Made by a program: the position numbers and the translations under genes | Assembly (NCBI GenBank): GCA_050230475.1 | Contig: JBFLGF010000121.1 | Span: 1 to 64,000, forward strand | DNA length: 64,000 nucleotides | Origin: Ancylonema sp. | Lineage: Eukaryota | Reading direction: 5' to 3' | Shown: in pieces, positions 57,034-64,000 of the stretch | Numbering within the stretch: position 1 is the stretch's first letter | How the letters are laid out: each line of letters starts with the position of its first letter | Notes under the pieces: generated by a model | Databases searched by the model: none | What the model saw: only the letters and a program-made list of their open reading frames with translations | What the model was told of the DNA's origin: nothing

Positions 57034-57305
57034 CCGTACCGGCCAGATTTATACCCTTAAAATTTCAAAAATAATTAATTAAATAACCCCTACCCCTTCA
57101 ACCCCTACCCCCATAACAATCAATAAACGTCCCCTACCCCATCCAAAACCCCTAAACTTGTAAGTGATTATGGTCCCCCACCCCCAGAACAATTAATAAA
57201 CGTCCCCTACCCCCTCCCCTACCCCTAAAATTGTAATTAATATAATCCCCTACCTTGACCTACCCCTGGTAATTAATTATTAGGGTATAAATCTGGCCGG
57301 TAAGG
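57034..57305. mobile_element. 272-bp Tc2/pogo-like MITE
   Basis: TA|CCGTACCGGCCAGATTTATACCCT ... AGGGTATAAATCTGGCCGGTAAGG|TA, with internal CCCCTACCCC repeats. Confidence 0.8.
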
Positions 57306-57384
57306 TACGTTCTACATTTTTTTAAGTGAAAAAAAAAACTGAAGAAACACCGAAAATTATTGAAAAATCGAAAATTCAAATCGC

Positions 57385-57579
57385 CCTACCCCCTACCGAT
57401 CCCTACCGATCCCTACCGGTTCCTCCCTACCGTCCTATCCCCTACCGAGCCATCCGCGGGTGGGCTAATTCCCTAGCCCCTATTGCATATCTGGGCACTG
57501 GTACCTACCGCAGTAGCTACCGCGGTAGGGCGGTAGCGTGGTAGGGAGTAGGGCGGTAGGAGGGTAGCAGCCAACCCTA
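57385..57579. mobile_element. Orphan right end of a hAT-like element (CCCTACC/GGTAGGG-rich)
   Basis: Clustered CCCTACCG and CGGTAGGG motifs end in CAGCCAACCCTA, a TAGGGTTG-type hAT terminus. The partner end was not found. Confidence 0.4.
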
Positions 57580-57647
57580 GAACGGTGAACGGTAAACGGA
57601 TCGCAAACTTATCCGCCTGCGGGCGTAAAAAAGGGATGTGATATGTC

Positions 57648-58098
57648 TAGTGTGCGGGGAGCCCAACGAAACCCTTTGGGCTCCGGGCTCTGCTGTAGCC
57701 GAGCCCAAGATCGCGGCTCTGGGCTCATTTCGGGAGCCGGGAGCCCGGAGCCCGGAGCCCAATATCTGGGCTCAGATCTTACCCGGAGCCCGGCTCGGAG
57801 CCCAAAATTCACCCACAAAAAAAAAAAAAAAAAAAAAAAAAAAACATCATTTCCCTCCTCATGATCTGTCATTTCTCTCCTGATGATCTGGCCGTAGGAT
57901 CCGTTTGCTTTCCCGCATTTTTCATGAATTCATGAATCATGGGTTCCGAGCCCGGATCTGAGCTCAGATCCGAGCTCCGACATGGGCTCCGGCGTTTAGC
58001 TCGGAGCCTGAGGAAAAACACCCCTTCGGACTCCGGGCTTAATGAGCCCGGATCTTGGGCTCATTGGAATCATTCGGCTCCGGGCTCCCCGCACACTA
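57648..58098. mobile_element. 451-bp hAT-type MITE with perfect TIRs and TSD
   Basis: GATATGTC|TAGTGTGCGGGGAGCCC ... GGGCTCCCCGCACACTA|GATATGTC: a perfect 17-bp TIR and a perfect 8-bp TSD. Confidence 0.93.
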
Positions 58099-58123
58099 GA
58101 TATGTCCCGCCCGCGGGTGGGTA

Positions 58124-59090
58124 CAGTACTCCCTCGATATAACGGCATTTCTTTTCCCATAGAAAGTGTCCTTCTATCGAGATGTCCTTATATAGTGTAT
58201 AAAGACAGTCACGACTGGATTTCGAAATGTGTGTCCTTATATCGAGGGACTTCGTGAATGAAGCGAAATAAATAATCAAATATGTTGTTTACATGTTGCC
58301 AATAGTAAGTTGCTTCGGCATCATCATCCAATCCAACGTGTGTGATGTGATGCAAGCTATACAAGTGCGTAATGAGACCAATACATTGCGACAAGAGAAT
58401 ATATTTAACCATCCTTACGCGGAGAGTTAAGGAGGGTTGGAAAGTCCTAGGTCGTACTAAGCAACAAAGTACTCGCATACGTTGTTGGACATGGAGTAAA
58501 CACTAAGGTCATGAACAACATAAACACTTGTTGGAAGGCAAGACATACCAATACTTGGCATGAAGGACACTATAGTAATTCCGAATTTTGAACCGCAAAC
58601 AAAATGCACAAATCTAATACATTCCAACAAACGAGATTCATCCAAATCCTTGTGCACATTTTCGTGATTTGAAATAGATTACAAGATTGTCAGCAACAAC
58701 TTTCAACATGGCATAACAAACGGACACACATACTAATATCGACATGATTGGATCCTAAGTTGCATGAAAGAAACGTTGAATATGAGTTTGCACCCATACC
58801 TTTCATCATTTGCATCAATGTTATTTTGTAATTTTTGTTCTCTATTTTTATGTTTTTGTTCTCGATTCCCATATTTCGATATATGCGAGAAATAACGTTC
58901 TATACACAATATAAGGACATTCAGTAACAAAATTCTAAATTTATAATTTATGAAGTCGTTGTCTTTATACAGAGTGTCGCTATGCTCATATCGAGGGCAA
59001 TTTTGTATTGATTTTAATAAGAGTTCGAAAAACGGGTCCTTATATCGAGGTTGTCCTCATAAAGAAGTTCCTCATATCGAGGGAGCACTG
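58124..59090. mobile_element. pogo/Tigger-like non-autonomous element (967 bp), same family as 12127-13120
   Basis: TA|CAGTACTCCCTCGATAT ... ATATCGAGGGAGCACTG|TA. Confidence 0.9.
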
Positions 59091-59445
59091 TACACCCTAC
59101 CGCACTGAACCTGAAGCCTGAAGCAAGGAAAAAAACACTTTTCTTGTTTTTAGGGTAATTGAGCTGAGGTGCGGAGAAAGCCATTTTTGCAGCTGGTAGT
59201 GGTGGAATGTTTTCGCGAGCGTTTTTGACTCCCATGCCCAGATCTACTGGCGCAATTATGCGTAGAAGTGTGACATAGGTTCTATAATACGAAAGTTTGT
59301 TAGAATTTGTTCGCATACTGTGTACCTGGTGTAGCTCCGATATGTAATTCTCGGCGTTTGGTAGAAGCTCGTACCTATTTACCGAGTAAAGCCGTATTAT
59401 AATATTTTGTCAGTGGGGTTGATAGCGCATTCTGTCTTCTCACCT

Positions 59446-62400
59446 ATGACCGCGATGGCGAAACGGCAGGAAAACCGGGCTTTCGCAGCAAAGGCTCCAA
59501 TCATCGACGATGCTCGCTTTGCCAGGCTTCACTCAGACCCCAGATTTCAGGCAAGGCCTTCCCCGACAGTGTTGGGCAAACCTACACCTCACATGTGTCC
59601 GGCTTTGCTCTAGTGATGTTGCGAAGGGGCATTTAGTGAATATCGACAGTTAGGTGAAGTTTCGTGAGAGTGCTAGCTCCCGCACGTTCCAAGCCAACAG
59701 TAATATTAATGAAATTACCCTAAATGATCAGCTCATCCGCTCCTCCTGCATTTGCGCTGTTTCGTTCAACGTTGGAAACTTGCTCTGCGATTACGTGAAG
59801 CCTCCTAGGCAATAGCAGTATCATCGTTGATTTTGATACAACTTCAGAAGTACAGGGTGTGTCCTTTCTCCTTCTGAAAGACACCAGTACTCATCTTGTC
59901 TTTAATGCCGTCCCCACTGCAGAGACTGCCAAAGGGAAAGGGGCAGGTGGAAATCGACTCCCGTTTCGCTTCCGTCTTCACCAATAAAAATTTTGCCCCC
60001 GACTTCTCCGTGGATAAGCGTGGCCGGCAAGTGAAGAAAAAGAGCGGGGAGAACCTGGCACGATACTATCGCTTGGAGGGCGGTAGCAAAACAGGCGGAT
60101 CCGAAAAACAGATTTCCTTGCCGCATGCGAAGGGGAGAGATGGGCAGAAGCAGTCTAAGAGTAATTCAAAGGTCCCGGGTGAAGCCGGCCGGGATGAAAC
60201 GGGGCCTTCATTCGGAACGGAAGAGGAGGACGAGGCTTCGGAGGAGAAAGTGATACTCCGAGGCGAACACAGGCCATCCCTAGGTGAGAAAGACGACAAG
60301 GAGGAGGAGGAGGAGGTCAAGGAGGAGGCTGAAGCGCAGGAAGTTGAAGGGGGCGCTGCCTCGACCTCGTCCTCCTCCTCTGATGAGGACAGCGACATCG
60401 ATGGGGTGGCGGAGGAGGAGGAGGACGAGGTGCGCTGAGGTGCCTCTACCTTCAACTGCTGGTGCTCCCATGGACACATCTTGTGTGCAGCATGTTTGGG
60501 GGAGGAGGATTGAGTACGAGGGCCATGGGGTCATGGGGAAGCAGGAGGAGGCTGCAGTCGCACGCACAGAGGAGGCCACACGACGCCTGGCTGTCATGAA
60601 TCTGGACTGGGAGCATGTCCGGGTACGTTCTACAGTGCCTTGCCTGTGGAGAAGCCTCTGACAGCGTGTTCCTGACTTTCAGGCGATGGATCTTCTCGTG
60701 CTCCTGCGCTCCTTTCTGCCCAACGGTGGCACCATCTCCGCTGTCGCCGTGTTCCCCACCTTGTTCGGGTGGGAGCAGATGGAGGAGGAGCAGAAGAACG
60801 GGCCCACGTGTCTGGCCGGGGGGAAGACGGAGGTGGGGAAGGGCGAGGAGGAGGAGGAGGAAGAGGAGGAGGAGGAGGAGGAAGAGGCGCAAGACCCGAT
60901 TAGTGTCAACAACCGACTGCGGAAGTACGAGAAGCAGCGGTTGCAGTGAGTGCCTGCCTGCCCTTGAAAGCTACAGAACCTTGGTCGCATCTTGGGCGCA
61001 GGTGATTCCAATAGAGGCGGTTTTCTGGGGTTTGGGGTTCAGGTACTACTTTGCGGTGGTCGAATGCGATTCCGCGTCGACGGCCAATGTGGTCTACGAG
61101 GCCTGCGACGGAATGGAGTTTGAGCGATCCTCCAACCTACTCGACCTGCGCTTCATTCCGGACGATATGGAGGCCGCTCCAGGGAGAGAGGCGAGGGACA
61201 CAGCCACCGAGGTGAGGGTGGGGGGGGGAGGGGGCTCTGACACAGGGGTGGGGGGGGAGGAATGCCTCCGTGCTGACCTTCAGATATTTCACTGCTGTCT
61301 GGCAGGTGGCGGCAACATATGAGGCTCCTGATTTCAGCACTCGCGCGTTGCAACACAGCCAGGTGAGGCTGACGTGGGATGACGACGAGCCGTCGCGGGT
61401 GAAGGCATTGAGACGCAAGTTCCAGGCGGATCAGGTGGGGAGCACACGCGGGTAGCCGTGTAGGCTGGGGGTTCCATAGCGGCTGCTTGAATGGTTTGGG
61501 GTTTGGGGTTCAGCTGAACGAGATGGACTTCCATGACTATGTGGCGTCCGGGTCTGAAGGGGAGAGCGGGGGAGGGAGTGAGGGGGAGGAGGAGGAGGAG
61601 GAGGGGGAGGTGGAGGGAGGGGAGGAGGAGACTAGGGCGGCGAGGAGAGAAAAGTATAAGAAACTGTTGTTAGGAGGGGGGGTGGAGAAGGGGGGGGCGA
61701 AGAAGAAGGAAGGAAGGGATGTTGCTGGGGAGGCGGAGGAGGAGGAGGGGGAGGGAGACTTGGAAATCACGTTCAACACGGGACTGAAAGACTTGAATGA
61801 GAAACTGGAGCAGAAGAAGAAGGAGAGAGAGAGGGTGGGGAAAGAGAGTGTGTTTGAAGCGTATTTGAGAACGAGAAAGGAGAAAAGGAAGGCGAAGAAG
61901 GAGCAGGGAGTGGGAGGGGCGGGGGGAGAGCGTGAGGCTGGGGAGTCGGGAGAGGAGGATTTGTATGGTGGGGTTGGTAGGAGAGGGGAGGAAGACCCAT
62001 TCTTCGCAAATGCGATTGAGGAGGGGTTTGATGACCCGTTCTTTGCAGGTGGGGGAAGTGCAGAGGCGGAGCCGGTGAAGGGGGGAAAAGGGAAGGTAGG
62101 AGTGGGGGAAAGGGAGGCTGAGAGGGTCGCGAAGAGGGAGGAGGTGCGAGAAGCAAAGAGGGAGGAGGAGAGGAGGAGGGCAGAGTTGGAGATGTTAGTG
62201 ATGGAGGGGGGGAAGGGGGGGAAGGGCGAGGGGGAGGAGAAGGGCAAGGACGAGGGGAGGAAGAAGGGGAAGAAGAAGAAAGGGCGGAAGGGGGACAGAG
62301 GGGAGGAAGAGGAAGGGGGAAAGGGAGCTGATGTGAACTTCGACGACCCGAGATTTGCTGCGGTCCTGAATTCGCATTTGTTTGCCATTGATCCCACAGA

Positions 62401-62911
62401 CCCTCAGTTTAGAAGGTGAGGAGGAGGGGGAGGAGAAAGGAGAGGATGCGTATGTGAACCACTAGGAAACTCAGATTCAGATGCAGATCTCAGATCTCAG
62501 GAATGATGTATTGATGTATTGATGTGTATTGACGGGGGAAAGGGGAAGTAGGAAAGGGGCAGCATGATTCTGACCCCCATGACTGCTATCATATCGATGT
62601 CGTTTCTGTTTCCCAGCTCTGCCGGTCAGCTGAGCATCCTCGCAGAAAAGCAGCGGAGGAGAGTGGAGGCGGCGCAGACTGGGGGGGAGACAGGAAGGGT
62701 GAGTGGGGCTGTGCCAGCGCAGCATGCCACAGCGGCGAAGGAAAAAGGGGAAGGAGATTTAGAGAAGGCACAATTGACATCCATGGTGCGTTCGCTGAAG
62801 AGGAAGGCAGAAGCGCAGGAAAGGGTGATGCTGGGCGCAAATGGGAATGTAACGCCCAAAGCAAATGCTAACGGTAGTGGAATAAAGAAGAAGAAACGCG
62901 GGAGTGTGTAG
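59446..62911 (+). CDS. ESF1: Pre-rRNA-processing protein ESF1 (NUC153 domain), 8 exons
   Basis: [97 protein letters not shown] and NUC153 [24 protein letters not shown]. The first intron is GC-AG. An alternative ATG lies at 59455. Confidence 0.94.
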
Positions 62912-63417
62912 GCATGCGTTGGGTCGGAGGAGGTGCCCACTCTGGGGAGGTAGTTTCGTTTGCAGCGCTGATATTTGTTGTGGCTCTTCACGGGGGAACA
63001 CAGACCCCGGAAGTAACTAGTGCGATTGGTCGAGCACCAAAAGTTTTATTATGAAAAATTATGAAATGAATCGCAGAATTAAAATATATTGTTATATCGG
63101 CCACAATTTTTTTGACGGGTAATGGTAGTCATATGTGTCAAATTCAGAAAATTGTTTCGGTCGCAAGGCTCCAATTGATGATCGGTACGTTTCTCGCGTT
63201 GGTGCACATGTAAGTGAATGGCGGTGGCGAAAGTAAACACGCAATTTATTGTATTGATGTGTGCTTTGCGACTCATCAATTTTGGACACGCCCAACTACA
63301 TTCCATTCACATTCGTGTTTCGCAAAACACATTACAAGCCCCCACTGCAAGTGATAAATTTAATAATTCAAAAAACAAGTGGGTAATCTCTAGTAACCCT
63401 TGAGAACTACTGAATTA

Positions 63418-63652
63418 CCGTACTGGCCACACACAATGACCCGCAAATAATTATGAGGGTAGGTCGGGTCAAATTAAACAATTCAATTTTTCAAAAAAGT
63501 GGGTCATTCTATGATGTGGGTCACCAGATAATAAATATTTTTCAGTATTTTTAGAAATTTTATTTTGGGTGCGCGGGTTGGGTCAAGTGGTGGTTTCTTA
63601 GATAGATTAATTCGTTTTCTAAAACCCGGGTCATTATGTATGGCCACTAGGG
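63418..63652 (+). mobile_element. 235-bp Tc2/pogo-like MITE sharing TIRs with the minisatellite-carrying family
   Basis: TA|CCGTACTGGCCACACACAATGACCCG ... CGGGTCATTATGTATGGCCACTAGGG|TA. Confidence 0.85.
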
Positions 63653-64000
63653 TACATTTGCAAACAGCTCAGGGTTGAGTAATGATGGATAATCCGTAAA
63701 TTCTGGGAGGGGGGGTTCCACCTTCACACATCATCTTGTATGGTGGCTCAATGCAGATGCATGGATGCATGCGGGCATCAATATGAAATATAACACCAAT
63801 CCACCTATCAACATGTCAGGCCCTCAATTCTCCTCCTTTCATTCTGCCACAACAGCAGCTACTTGCCTCAACTGGCAATCCCAGAAACAGCGCACAGAAC
63901 ATGCAGCTGGTGCAAGAGCAGTTGATGCATGTATTCCTCCCAGGGCTGCTGAAGCGGGGCTGCCCCGCTTCTCCACCCTCCACCGCAGCCTCACACCCGC

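Noticed and set aside
61537..62397. 286-aa Ser/Pro/Phe-rich antisense ORF
   Set aside because: It is the shadow of the purine-rich Glu/Lys/Gly exon of ESF1.
63810..64000. GC-rich segment that may be the last exon of a minus-strand gene entering from beyond the window
   Set aside because: Several frames are open and none is recognisable, so it cannot be called.

Overview
Eukaryotic nuclear DNA from the green-plant lineage. The plant-type phytepsin with a saposin-like insert and the plant-like HSP60 and importin-11 suggest an intron-rich alga, probably a streptophyte; the species cannot be identified from the sequence alone. The genetic code is standard. Seven multi-exon housekeeping genes can be rebuilt by hand: RPL23a (+), mitochondrial HSP60 (-), importin-11 (-), eIF3i (+), a DHHC S-acyltransferase (+), a phytepsin aspartic protease (+) and ESF1 (+). 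Most intergenic spacers are packed with nested or abutting short non-autonomous DNA transposons. These include Tc2/pogo-like elements with TA target-site duplications (TSDs), hAT-like elements with 8-bp TSDs, and a CATAG-ended group that may be P-type. There is also one full-length decayed Ty1/copia element and a truncated relative. The most notable oddities are: an in-frame TAG in an otherwise intact HSP60; a copia family with non-canonical LTR ends (TG..TA and TG..AA), half-tRNA(iMet) priming and up to three zinc knuckles; a transposon family carrying a variable-length ~58-bp minisatellite; a ~930-bp (CATACAT)n array filling an importin intron; a 10-nt microexon; and a GC-AG intron. All coordinates were read by eye and no database searches were run. 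No single new multi-gene system could be supported.
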